Shown piece by piece: positions 10,935 to 22,294 of a DNA stretch of 36,414 bases. How positions within the stretch are numbered: the stretch's first letter is position 1; each line of letters opens with the position of its first letter. Under the pieces are notes generated by a model. The model saw only the letters and a program-made list of their open reading frames with translations. It was not told the origin of the DNA and made no database searches. Origin of the DNA: Chiloscyllium plagiosum (lineage: Eukaryota); NCBI RefSeq assembly GCF_004010195.1, contig NW_025214719.1, forward strand, positions 8,991 through 45,404. Reading direction: 5' to 3'. Position numbers and translations under genes: made by a program.

Positions 10935-11792
10935 GGAGGAGAAAGTGAGGTCTGCAGATGCTGGAGATCAGAGATGGAAATGTGTTGCTGGAAAAAAATA
11001 AAAATAAAAATTGCGGTGGAGTCGAAGGAATTGGGAGAATGGGATGGCGTTTTTACAGGGGGCAGGATGGGAGGAGGTGTAGTCCAGGTAGCTGTGGGAG
11101 TCGGTTGGTTTGTAGTAGATGTCCGTGTTGATTCGGTCGCCTGAGATAGAAACAGAAAGGTCTAGGAAGGGGAGGGAGGAGCCCGAGACTGTCCAGGTGA
11201 ATTTGAGGTCACGGTGGAAGGTGTTAGTGTAGTGGATGAACTCTTCAACCCCCTCGTGGGAGCACGAGGCGGCGCCGATACAGTCATCGATGTAGCGGAG
11301 GAAAAGGTGGGGGGTGGGGCCAGTGTAGGTGCGGAAGATGGATTGTTCCACATACCCTACGAAGAGGCAGGCATAGCTGGGGCCCATGCGGGTGCCCATG
11401 GCTACTCCTTTCGTTTGGAGGAAGTGGGAGGATTGGAAAGAGAAGTTGTTCAGGGTGAGGACCAGTTCAGTCAGTCGAAGGAGGGTGTCTGTGGAAGGGT
11501 ACTGGTCGGTACGGCGATTAATGTTCGGGTCAGTAAACTCAATGGAGGAGAAAATGAGGTCTGCAGATGCTGGAGATCAGAGATGGAAATGTGTTGCTGG
11601 AACAAAAAAAATAAAAATTGCGGCGGAGTCGAAAGAATTGGGAGAATGGGATGGCGTTTTTATAGGGGGCAGGATGGGAGGAGGTGTAGGTGCAGGGAGG
11701 ATTCCTGAAGAAGGGCTAATGCCCGAAACGTCGATTCTCCTGTTCCCTAGATGCTGCCTGACCTGCTGCGCTTTTCCAGCAACACATTTCCA
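10935..11792 (-). mobile_element. Young, rearranged Neptune-clade PLE insertion with an uninterrupted RT core fragment
   Basis: Open frame 11517 to about 11012: TLLRLTELVLTLNNFSF...GVAMGTRMGPSYACLFVG...RYIDDC...LPFLD...YKPTDSHSYLDYTSSHP. pLTR pieces at both ends. Flanked by TCAGTAAACTCAAT (10921-10934, 11793-11806). Confidence 0.92.
11692..11743 (+). ncRNA. Minimal type I hammerhead ribozyme motif in the PLE pLTR
   Basis: CTGAAGA (11705-11711), extra A, stem II GGGC/TAAT/GCCC, GAAA, palindromic stem III ACGT, GTC cleavage triplet (11730-11732). This is the architecture known for PLE hammerheads. Confidence 0.8.
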
Positions 11793-12644
11793 TCAGTAAA
11801 CTCAATACCTTGCAATGTGCTACGCTGAAAATTGCTTCCAATAGATCTGAAATCATTTACAGTGTTATGGGACCTCACCGCGGCCTGTGATACAGAGAGA
11901 CTCAGTGGCCTGTTCCAAAATCTGTGCATTCAGCTTCTAACCTGGTTCAGGGCAGTCAGTCAAACATTACTTCAAAACAAATAATTTGGAATCAACCTTG
12001 GGTAGGGGGAGAACCCGCCAACAGACTATCATTGGTCTCAGTGTAGATACAAATGTTGTCCAGGTTAAATACTAATGGTTGACCAGCAACCAAGTTTTAA
12101 AATTGATCTTCAGTCAGATCCTGGCCCTGAGACCAGACGTGTTGACATGGAGAGCAAGAATCACACCATACAAGTTACCAATGGTGATGAAATCTGACCA
12201 GCCTCCCAGACTCCATACATCTGCACCACGGATCAGACATGGGTGAAGACGTTATCAAGTTGACAATCTATTGCAGTGCCTTGTGTTTCACAAAGAAACC
12301 TCTAAAAACATATCCAATAAATGTCACCGTCACATTCTCCAGTATCAAAATAAATTTGTACATCTCTGTGAATGGTCAGAGATTACTACATGGATCACAT
12401 CGTAGAATGTATGCGAAGTAACCAACAGCAAACGGCAAGCCAAGAATAACATTAATAACTGAACTTGGCGGATTCTGTCTGGTCTAAGTAACCACACATA
12501 TTATACTGGCTTTCAGGTGACTGTAACAATGTACACCATAACTGGAGGCTTTGTCCTTACACCCCTCCAAAGCTTCCTGATCTCACACACATCACTCCCT
12601 CATACATTCAACAATTGATGAGAGTCCACAAGCTGTCTGAAACT

Positions 12645-14125
12645 GGAAACATTGAACAGTGCAACACAGTGCAGGCCTTTCGACCTTTTATCCTACTCTA
12701 AGTTCAGACTAACCTACATACTTTTCATCATACTATCATTCATGTGCCTATCCAATTAACTATCCCTAAATATAGCTGACTTTAGTACAACTGCTGGCTA
12801 TTCATTGCACACACACACCTCTCTGCGGAAAGAAACTAAATCTGACATCTTCCCAAACCTTTTTTCAATTACCTTAAAATCATCTCCCCTCGAGAGCCAT
12901 TTCCTCCCTTGGAGAAAGTCTCAGGCTGTCCACTCTATCTATGCCTCTCATCATCTTGAACACCCTGTCAAGTCACTTACCAATGAGGAAAACACCCTAG
13001 CTCCCTCAACTTTTCTTTGTAAAACATGCCCTCCAGTCCAGGCAGCATCTTGAAAAATCTCCTCAGCAAGCTCACCACATTTTCCACATCTTTCTTATAA
13101 CGAGGCAATCAGAATTGATCGCAATATTCTAAGTGTGGTCTCACCAGGGCTTCATAGAGTTGCAGCATAAACTCGTAGCTCTTAAACTCAATCCCTCGGC
13201 TAATGACCACATCAACTCCGTCTTAACAACCTTATAAACCTGGGTAGCAACTTTGTGGGAGCTAGGTCATGAACCATATGATCCCCCTGTTCCTCCACAA
13301 CGCAAGAATCCTGCCATTAACCCTGTATTCTGCATTCTAATTCGACCTTCCAAAATCAATCGGATCTCACTTTTCCATATTGCACACCACCTGCCACTTA
13401 GCAGCCGAGTCCTGCATCCTGTCAATGTCCTGTTGCAAACTACAGCACCCCTCCACACTATCGACAATTCCACCAATTTGTGTTACATCATCAAACTTAC
13501 GAACCTGCCCTTCCACTTCGTCATCCAAGTCATTTATCAAAATCACAAACACAGAGGTCCCAGAACCGATCCTTACAGAACACCACTGCTCGCCTAGTTC
13601 CACACTGAATACTTCCCATTTACCACCACCCTCTGTCTTCTATGGGCTAGCCAATTCTGTATCCAGACAGATAGGACTTCCTGTATGCCATGCCTCCTTA
13701 CTTTCTGAATGAAACTACCACGGGGAAGTTTATCAAACACTTTGTTAAAATCCATGCACTCCACACTCACTGTTCTACCTTCTTCAGTGTGCTAAATCCC
13801 ATCCTCAAAGAATCCAATAAGAGTTGTGAGGTATGACATGCCCCTCACAAAGCCATGCTGACTATTTATAGTCAAACCATCGTTTTTCAGAATCCTCTCC
13901 AATACTTTGCCCAATACTGATGTAAGACTGACTGGTCTGCCATTCTCAGGACAATCCCTCTTTCCTTGCCTGAACAAGGGAGTAACATTTGCCACTCTCC
14001 AATTATCCGACGCTACCCCAATGCAGAGTGAAGACGCAAAGACCATCGCCAAAGGCACAGAAATCTCTTCCCTCTCTTCCTGTAGTAACCTAGTGTGTTT
14101 CCCGTTTGGCCGCGTGATTTATCTA
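12645..14125 (-). mobile_element. 5'-truncated CR1 (HER1-like) LINE, RT domain to 3' tail
   Basis: NWRVANVTPLFRQGKRDCPENGRPVSLTSVLGKVLERI...SQHGFVRG (13792-14058) and FVILINDLDDEVEGQVRKFDDVTQIGG...LQQDIDRM...KWQ (13367-13603). Confidence 0.9.
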
Positions 14126-14299
14126 TCCTTATGTTTGTACATCAATCAGTCTGTATTTCATCTCAACTTGTTTACTCCCTGTCCAACCAACTGATTGACT
14201 GCTTTCCATTTCAGGGCTCTGTACAGTGCTGCCTTCCTGAGTAAGTATGGTTCCCCATATCCTGTATATTATAGAATGGAAAACATGGGAACGGCAGAT

Positions 14300-14410
14300 G
14301 CCAAAGCTTTGACTCTGCTACTCCTCAGATGCTGCCTGACTGGCTGTACTTTTCCAGGGCCACAATTTTCGACTCTGATCACCAGGATCTGCAGTCCTCA
14401 CTTTCTCCAC
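14300..14410 (+). mobile_element. PLE pLTR fragment
   Basis: CTCAGATGCTGCCTGACTGGCTGTACTTTTCCAG...GACTCTGATCACCAGGATCTGCAGTCCTCACTTTCTCC, same family as 10935-10990 and 19450-19560. Confidence 0.75.
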
Positions 14411-14679
14411 TACTGAGGGCTGTCCCCTCTGCACATTGAGCAGGGAACTAATCAGCAGAAACCCGTTGTATCTGGAGCTGACTGTTCAGTTCTGGAAAGT
14501 TGCATTTGATGAGCACATTTACTAAAAACGAAATTAAAATTCGACGTATATTTATTCAGTCCAAGAGTTACAGTTTTGGTTCATGAATTGGACAGGTTGA
14601 TAACGAACAATGAATTACTGAAGAACTCCGAGGTACAGAGTATTCCAGGTGATATATTTCAGGTTGGATGTGCTGGTAA

Positions 14680-15860
14680 TATTAATGCTGGTAATATTAA
14701 CAGACAGACAGATATGATAAGGAAACGAGGTGACATGTGGAAGTGTGACATTTTTGCCATTTCTGAAATGTGTTTGAGGGAGGTCAGGGCTGACAACTCA
14801 ATATTCTGTGGTACCAGAACTATAATCAGGACAGGAGAGAGGAGGCGGTGTTGCCTTATTAATTATGGAGTCAGTTAATGGTGTGAGAAGGGACGATATC
14901 TTGAAAGGATCTTTTAATGAAGCTTGGTGGTTAGAGCTCAGGATCAAAACCATGACCGAAACACTGCTAGGGATATATTATTAGACCCAAAGATAAAGGA
15001 AAGTATGGGAGAAGGTATATAACCAAGTTATTGAGGTGTATAAAAACAATAATAGGATCATTATATTCAGGCATGCCAATTCTAAACATTCATTAGGTCA
15101 GTGATAACTTTTTAAGAAGGGGCAGGTGTTTTGAAATTTATTCCAGAGAACTTCTTATACAGTTATAACAATGGGCAGTGCAGTGCTGGGCCTCACTGTG
15201 GGGAACGAAGCCAGTCAGCTGTTCCAGGCAGAAGTGGGAGAGCATTAGAGGACCAGTGACCGTGATATCACACATTTTGACTTTGCTAAGGAACAGACCC
15301 CAAAAATGTTAGAAAATAAAAGATTTTTGCATTTGGGAGAAAGATTTCATAGGGAAAAAATGACAGGATCTGGCCAAAGTGCAGTTGCTTCTGGGTGAAA
15401 CTGCAGCAGAACAAGTTGGGGCAGGGGTTGGGGGATCATTTGATTAAAATTGAATTGATGACAGTGTCGGCCCAGCATGTTACACCGAAGATAAAATTTA
15501 GGAAAACAAGCCCAGAGAACCCCACATGTCGACACCAATTCCGAACAGGGTGAAAAAGGAAAGAGAAGCTTAAAGCAGGTACCAAGTGAGCAGGCCAATG
15601 AAGGTCCTAAAAGAATATATAAAGTGTAGCGCTAAACTTAAAAAGTCAGTGGAAGAGCAGAAGGAGGGGTGATAAAACATTAGCGGGTAAGATTAGCAAG
15701 AATCCAAAGTCTTTTTTTTTTGGTTTATTAAGAGGAAGAGGATAACGCGGGATAAAAAATCGGAGTATCAGGGACGAAGGGGACAGCGTGTTCACAGAGC
15801 CAGAGAATATGTTATACACATCCTATGAATCGGTCTTCAGTTTGGAGGAGCCGAGGAAGA
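14680..15860 (+). mobile_element. Old CR1 LINE endonuclease-region fragment
   Basis: CDIFAISEMCL (EN motif D.IAITETWL), GGATATATTATTAGACCC (YYRPP-like), AGTGACCGT (SDH-like), AATCCAAAGTCTTTTTTT (NPKxF). Confidence 0.6.
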
Positions 15861-16758
15861 ATTGGAAGTTTATGCAAGATAGAGTGGAGAAGTCACCAGA
15901 TTAAAAGCCACCAAGTCTCACATCAGTGAGAGGGAAACAATTGGAGACAATTCGGAGGGCTGTTGAGGCTGGATCATTAAATATCTTCAAGGCTGAGACA
16001 GACAGATTTTTTACAAGTGTTACGGGGAAATCGCAGGATAGTTGAATGGGGGATTATCAAAATAGGTATAAACTAATCGAAGGAAAAGCAGAGTCAGTGA
16101 GCGGATCGACATATTGTTGCCCCTTTGTCTAATGGTGTTCTTTTCCAATAGCACTGTATTCACAAGAACATCAAATTGTCTTGCTATGGTGTGAGACACA
16201 GTTTGGAATGCTATCAAAGGATTCAAGGAATTCATAAACGCAATACTAATAGACAGAAAGTACCAGAAAACTGCAACAACACGGATTACCTATGGGGGGA
16301 GGATTTGCATCGACACAGTCACCACTACCAGAAGGAAGACCTCAGCAAGACACTGTACAAGGCCAAGCAGTGACCTGAACTGGGGAGCAGATAGTCAGGG
16401 GCCAGTTGTCAAGGAGTGCTGAAAGCCCAAACACTACATCACTGTAGTGCCTTCTTCCTTTCCTGACCAAAACTAAATGTGGAGGGATAGAGAGACATGC
16501 CATTGTAGCAGAGTAAGCAATAAGGCTTTGACACGAGAGGCTTCGGACAGCTGCAGCTCAGCAAAAATTACTAGTAAACCCAAATAACGTCCTTTTCACT
16601 TTATTGTTACATCAGTCGAGATGGCATTTAGGGCAGCCGCACGCTCCTCTTGTGGGATGTGGTAACTCAGAGAGATTTCTGACGGCCCTGATCGCTATAC
16701 GTGTGGGCATTGCACCCAGCTTCAGCTCCTGGGAGAACGTGATAGGGAGCTACGCTGC

Positions 16759-17052
16759 GCGGCACGGTGGCTCAGTGGTTAGCACTGCTGCCTCAGAGGA
16801 CCAGAGTTCAAATCCTGCCTTGGGCAACTGCCTGTGTGGAGTTTGCATATTCTCCCCCTGCCTGGATGGGTTTCGTCTGTGTGCTGTGGTCTCCTCCCAC
16901 AGTCCAAATATGTGCATGTTAGGTGAATTGGTCATGCTAAATTGCCCGTAGTGTTGGGTGTAGGGGGGTGGGTCTGTGTGGGCTGCTCTTCAGTTGGTCG
17001 GTGTGGACATGTTGGGCCGAAGGGCCTGTTTACACACTGTAGGTAATCTAAT
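16759..17052 (+). mobile_element. HE1-type V-SINE (tRNA-derived) inserted in CR1 ORF1
   Basis: A box TGGCTCAGTGG (16768-16778), B box GAGTTCAAATCC (16804-16815), V-domain TGTGTGGAGTTTGCATATTCTCCCC, LINE-like tail TTGGGCCGAAGGGCCTGTTT. Confidence 0.9.
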
Positions 17053-19349
17053 TTAGGATGCACTCAGTGGCATCCGAGATACTGAGAACTTCATAGATAA
17101 GTGCTTTAGTGTGGTTGTCACACCCAAGACACGCCCCTAGTTATGTTTCTTTAAAGACTGCAATATTCCAGTCCAACGTTCATCGCCCTGAGGTCATTAG
17201 CCTTACCTGTCAGCCCTGTTGCATTTAAATAAACACGATTTAATCCAACAGGCTTACCTTGCTTCCTGTCATGTTCCAGGCGAGAGTAATTGGGCGACAA
17301 ACAGGAATAGCAAACGGAATAGGCAGGGAGTGCAGGAATTCCCTGTGGCCATTCCTCTCGAAAACAGGTAGACCGTTTTGGATTGTTGGGGGCGATGACC
17401 TTTCAGAGGAAAGCAGCAGTAGCCAGGTTGGTCGTACTACCACTGGCTCTGGGGCACAACGGGAAAGGGTAAACATAAACAGGACCTAAAAGATAGGAGG
17501 GTCGATTGTTAGAGGGACAGATCGGAGATTCTGTGGTCACAAACGGGAATCCTGGATGGTGGGTTACCTCCCAGCTGCTAGGGTCCAGGATGTCTCCAAG
17601 TGGCTGCAGAACATTCTCTAGAGGGAGGGGCAGAAGCCAGAAATCATTTTGCACGTTAGCACAAATGATACCCGTAGAAACAGGGACGAGGTCCTGCAGT
17701 GTGATTATAGAGAGCTTGGAGAAACATTTAACAAAAAACCTTGACAGTGGTAATTCCTGAGAGGGAGATTACCGTCCGAGACATGCACTGGAGCGAACAC
17801 CAATACCTTGGCGGTCAGTTTTTCTAGTGTTACAAGGGTGGGTTTAAACTGGATTGGCAGGGGGTGGTGTCCTCAAGAGGAGGGAGGCAGGTGCAAGGCT
17901 GGAAGGTGATACAGTAATCAGAAATAGTAAGGTTAGGCTGGAAAACGACAGAGAGAAAGTACTGCCATTTGGATTAAATTGCATCTATTTCAATGCAAGA
18001 AGACCTACAGGTAAGGCCGATGTACTCAGGGCTTCAATAGGTAGGTGGGAAAGTTATATTATAGCCATTACACAAACATGGCTAAGTGATGGATAGGACT
18101 TACAGCTTAATGTGCCAGGATACAGGTGCTTTAGGCGAGACAGAGATGGTGGAAGGAGGGGAGGGAGAGTTGCATTTCTGATTAAGGGGAGTACAACAGC
18201 ATTAATCAGAGATAAAATAATTATGGATCACCCAATCAGGCTTTGTGGGTAGAGGTAGGAAATAGGAAGGTGATGGTGAGGTGATTGGGGATGTAATATA
18301 GGCCCCCAAATAATAGGGGATTTTCATTTTTCTAATACAGACTGGAACGGCCAGAGCGTTAAGGAATTTGATGAGATAGACTCTGTTAAATGCGTCAGGA
18401 AAGTTTCCTCATGCAGCATATAGAGTGTCCTACTCAGGAAGGGGCAAAACTCGAAATTTTCTTAGGGCAGAGTTAATAGTGGGGGAGCACTTTGGGACCA
18501 GTAACCATAGTTCTATTAATTTTCAAATAGGTATGGAGAGGGACGAAACTGGTGCACAGGTTCATGTTCGAACTTGGGACGTGGCTCAGGTACAGGCAGC
18601 TCGGATCAAGGGAATCCCTGGAGGTATATAAAAGATACAGGATTTTACTGAAGAAGGAAATCAGTGGGGCGAAAAAGGGGTAACAAAGAACCTTGGCTGA
18701 GAAGATAAGGATGAATCCAAAAATATACCTTAAATATATTAAAAGAAAAAAGCAATGATTGGAGGGAAAATAGGACCCCTCGAAGATTAATGCAGACAAG
18801 TATGTGTGGAACTTTAAGAGATGAGTGATGTCTTCATCGAATATTTCTACTCTATGTTTACCGTGGAGAAAGACATGTTGACTTGAGAACTTGAGGAAGT
18901 TATTGGTGATATCTTAGGGACGATCCATATCATAGTAGATGAGATCTTGGACGTACTGGAAAGAAGATAAATCTCATGGTCCTTACCCGATATATCCAAG
19001 AACACCTCAAGGTGCTCCAGAAGAATTTGCGGGGAACCTGGCTTATAATGTTGATCATCATTAACCACAGGTCACGTCCCGGAAAACTGGAGGATAGCAA
19101 ATGGTGTGCCCCTATTCAAGAAGAATTGAACAAAAAAAGCTTTGGAACTACAGACCAGTAGGTTTAACATCCGTGGTCGGTAAGTTACTTGAGAAGGTTC
19201 TGAGGGATAAGATGTACATGTATTTAGAAAGAGAGGCTTTGATTAGGAATAGTAAGTGTGGTTTTGTGCGAAGAGGTTTGTGCCTGACAATTTTCTTAAA
19301 ATAATTGGATGATGTACCCAGGAAGATTGACTTGGGTGGGGCAGTAGAT

Positions 19350-19560
19350 GTCGAAACATGTGCTGCTGGAAAAACACAGCAGGTCAGGCAGCATTCGAGA
19401 GGCAGGAGAATCGATGTTTCGGACATAAGCCCTTAATCAGGAACGTCCAAAACATCTATTCTCCTGTTCCTCTGATGTTGCCTGACCTGCCGGGTTTTTT
19501 TTTCCAGTGCCACACTTTTCGACACTGATCTCCAGCATCTGCAGTGTTCACTTTCTCCAA
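19350..19560. mobile_element. 211-bp palindromic PLE-derived mini-element with an 11-bp TSD
   Basis: Two inverted pLTR halves flanked by GGGCAGTAGAT at 19339-19349 and 19561-19571. It interrupts the CR1 VDVVYMDF-like motif. Confidence 0.85.
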
Positions 19561-20129
19561 GGGCAGTAGATTTAGTCAATATAGATTTCAGTTACACCAG
19601 AGCAGAATGAGGCTTTTCAGCCCATGGAGCCTGATATACAATTACAGGAGGATGCCAATAAGCTCCTCGTGCCTATAAAACTGTAAACAGATCATGCAGC
19701 ACCAGTATCCAGTTGCACAGCAACATGATCAGTCTATTCAGCTACTTGTAGTCAGTAACACAGGAAATTGAAGATGCCACAAAGTGACTGGACTATGGGG
19801 TATACTGGAATAAAACCAAGCTGCATAGTCCCTCAGACCTGCCCTTCCATTCAGTAAGTCAGGGCTAATCTGCACTCGGCCGCAAATTCTCTTTTATGCC
19901 CAATTCTTTGTAGCCCTCGACTCTCTCACGGGTCAAAATCCACTGACGTCCACTCGCATCCCCAAACATTCCATGATGTGGCCTCCTCTAACTGTCTGGT
20001 CCCAACCGTCACTACCCCCTGAGAGAAGGAAACACTCCCCACACATATACTTTGACCAATTGACATGAACAAAAGATATGAACACAGCGTCAGAGTGATT
20101 GGCCCTTACATCATGGCAGTAATTGACTG

Positions 20130-20420
20130 AGCAAGATATCAAGGAGACTGAACAAAATTGAACTTGATGGGAATCCGTTGTAAACTCCCCACTGGTTGGA
20201 CATTCAGAGCACAATGGGGCTGGAGGACATCAATCCTCCCAGTCCCTGGATATCTCTGTGGGCAATCCTCAGGGTAGCTTCTTCAGCAAAAAAAAACATC
20301 TTCGGCTGCTTCATCAATGTCTTTCCCTCTGTCATATGATCAGGGATTGGGATGTTCTGTGAAGATTATACAATGTTCAGAACAATGAGTCACCTCCTAA
20401 GGTACTAAAGTCTCAAATCT
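20130..20420 (+). mobile_element. L2/CR1-group LINE RT fragment
   Basis: GGCAATCCTCAGGGTAGC (GxPQGS), ATCTTCGGCTGCTTCATCAATG (IFxCFIN), GGGATGTTCTGTGAAGAT (GMFADD-like). Confidence 0.6.
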
Positions 20421-20669
20421 GAAAAACATTTAATGTAAAGGTAACATGAATCAAAAGCACTGCTGGACACTAAACATTCCCACGGTTAAAAGAAAGAGGA
20501 ACTCCTTCAGCAACTCTAGCTGGTTTCACAGTAGTATAAGAAAGCCATTCAGCCCGTCTGATCTGTTGGATAACAAGAGGCGCAATGCGTTCACTCACTC
20601 CTGCCTATTACACAAGAAGACAATTTAAAATAAAAGCAGGTGTTGGAATCCAAAATACACACGAGTCCC

Positions 20670-21085
20670 CGGGGTGTAAGCTGCACAGGTAACAGATGAG
20701 ATCTTGTTCATCCAAATTATGGTTTAGTTCATTGTGGCAATTGAGGAGGCCAAGGATGGCCATGTCGGAAAGGGATTGGGAAAAAGAATCGAAATAGGAA
20801 GTGACTGCGAGGTCTTCCATTCCACCTAACGACCATACCTTTCAGCTCGCAACCGGATTCATCACTCCCATCGCCCAACCAGGTTGCACCCACCACTTGT
20901 GTCCACATAGCCGTAACTCACCATCCCCCTGATCTCCACACCTCAACCACTCCCTTCCCTCTTTATCTGCAGCGCCCCCGACCCTCAACCCAGTTCTGAA
21001 GAACGGTTATATCTGAAATGTTGACTTTCCCAGCTCATGACGCTGCCTGGCTTGTTGTGTTCTTCCAGCCTTCTGTTTGTCTCCT
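20670..21085. mobile_element. Neptune PLE 3' fragments (inverted endonuclease-end piece plus pLTR)
   Basis: ORF 20608-20820 SDMAILGLLNCHNELNHNLDEQDLICYLCSLHP resembles the Neptune endonuclease C-terminus (minus strand). It is followed by a plus-strand pLTR GTTCTGAAGAACGG...GCTGCCTGGCTTGTTGTGTTCTTCCAGCC. Confidence 0.65.
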
Positions 21086-21457
21086 ATAACTCAGGAAGAT
21101 AGAGTCTAGTCAGCACAACGTGCTGGTAGGCAGGAACCACGGGTTGCCCACTGCAGTCCTTGAACCTCTGCCCTCGGGCCAGGAGGAAGACATTCAGTTC
21201 CTCCAGACACTGACACCTGAACAGAAGAGGCCATTCAGCCCCTCAAAACTGTTACACTGAAATAGGAGGATGTCATTGTTGCTGCAACACGACAAACCAA
21301 TGAGGCATAGACTGCACAGACAGACTGCTCCGTGTTGTTCCTCCTGGCTCCATTGCTAATGGTATACATGTGTTATGTTAACGTAGTTTGCTGATCATGA
21401 GTATGGAAAGTGATTGGTTTGTGCCAAGTCCCAAGGAGGCATCTTCCATCTCCGAGA

Positions 21458-22107
21458 TGTTATGGACTAGGCTAGACCACTCAAAACACTTTTAAGCAGG
21501 CAGCCCAGAGCATACCTTTGCAATTTCTTTCGGTAAGTGTATAATGAAAATTACCCTGAGTAATTTAGCTGGGGTGACTAGTAGATTTTAAAACAGACAA
21601 AAACTTTATTCATAAAATTACACAATGAAACACAAAGAACAGAATAAAGGATCACGACAGAATTCAACCTATCTAACTAGACTTAATTATGCTATTCCGA
21701 ATATACACAGCTGTCCCAATAAGCAAACTCCCAATAAAAAACAATATAAATGGAACACATACTTCCAAGTTGAATTTGAAGGTCAGAAAAGAGAGAGAGT
21801 TTCCACACAGCTCCCAGTTGAACTTCCCAGTTCAAGACTCAACTCAAACTGCTCAGCTCAGCTCAGCTAGTTCAGCTAAAATAGCTCACCACTCTCCGTT
21901 CATTATACAGGTCACTTATAAAGCATTACCACTTTGGCCTGAAGTTTCATCTGTTTCCGTATAAACAAAAGGCCTCTGAAAATCCTTTTCATCTCTGTAC
22001 CAAACCAGACTGATCGGAGCTTGGCCCGTTTTATTGTACCTCTGAAACAAAATCAAAGACAGAGCCAAGGAACAGCTTTTAGACAAAAACTGACTTGCAT
22101 TGTGATG
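21458..22107 (-). repeat. 3' LTR (about 650 bp)
   Basis: On the + strand it runs TGTTATGGACTAGGCTAGACC...TTGTGATG. Direct repeat of 26970-27634 at roughly 85% identity. Confidence 0.93.
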
Positions 22108-22109
22108 GG

Positions 22110-22126
22110 TCTCTCTCCCCCCCACC
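22110..22126 (-). other. Polypurine tract
   Basis: GGTGGGGGGGAGAGAGA on the minus strand, 2 nt upstream of the 3' LTR. Confidence 0.85.
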
Positions 22127-22294
22127 ATAAAAAAGAACCATCAATGCTAAAAGGTGGCTGCATTTTTAACCCTTCAAACCCAATTAGTAGTCTCAAAACT
22201 GACAGATGCACTCTACTAACTGTAAACATTCAAACATGCACAAACCCATGCAAATTCAGGCCGCGGTATACCCACCACCGAACACCTCCGTATC

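Larger units (their letters stand above)
16400..19595 (+). mobile_element. CR1 LINE with ORF1 (zinc finger plus esterase-like region), endonuclease and the start of RT; 3'-truncated, with nested insertions
   Basis: PDRYTCGHCTQLQLLGERDREL (about 16687-16752) continues as DALSGIRDTENFIDKCFSVVVTPK after the SINE. LNCIYFNARR...IIAITQTWL at about 17975-18085. WNYRPVGLTSVVGKLLEKVLRDK at 19143-19210. The 5' boundary is approximate. Confidence 0.85.

Noticed and set aside
11214..11799. Plus-strand ORFs of 137-164 aa
   Set aside because: Antisense shadows of the GC-rich PLE RT frame.
11810..12640. Unassigned 0.8 kb as a possible exon
   Set aside because: No long ORF on either strand and no recognisable motif; probably old TE or intronic DNA.
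16759..16830. tRNA gene
   Set aside because: The A and B boxes belong to the tRNA-derived head of an HE1 SINE and run into SINE body and tail.
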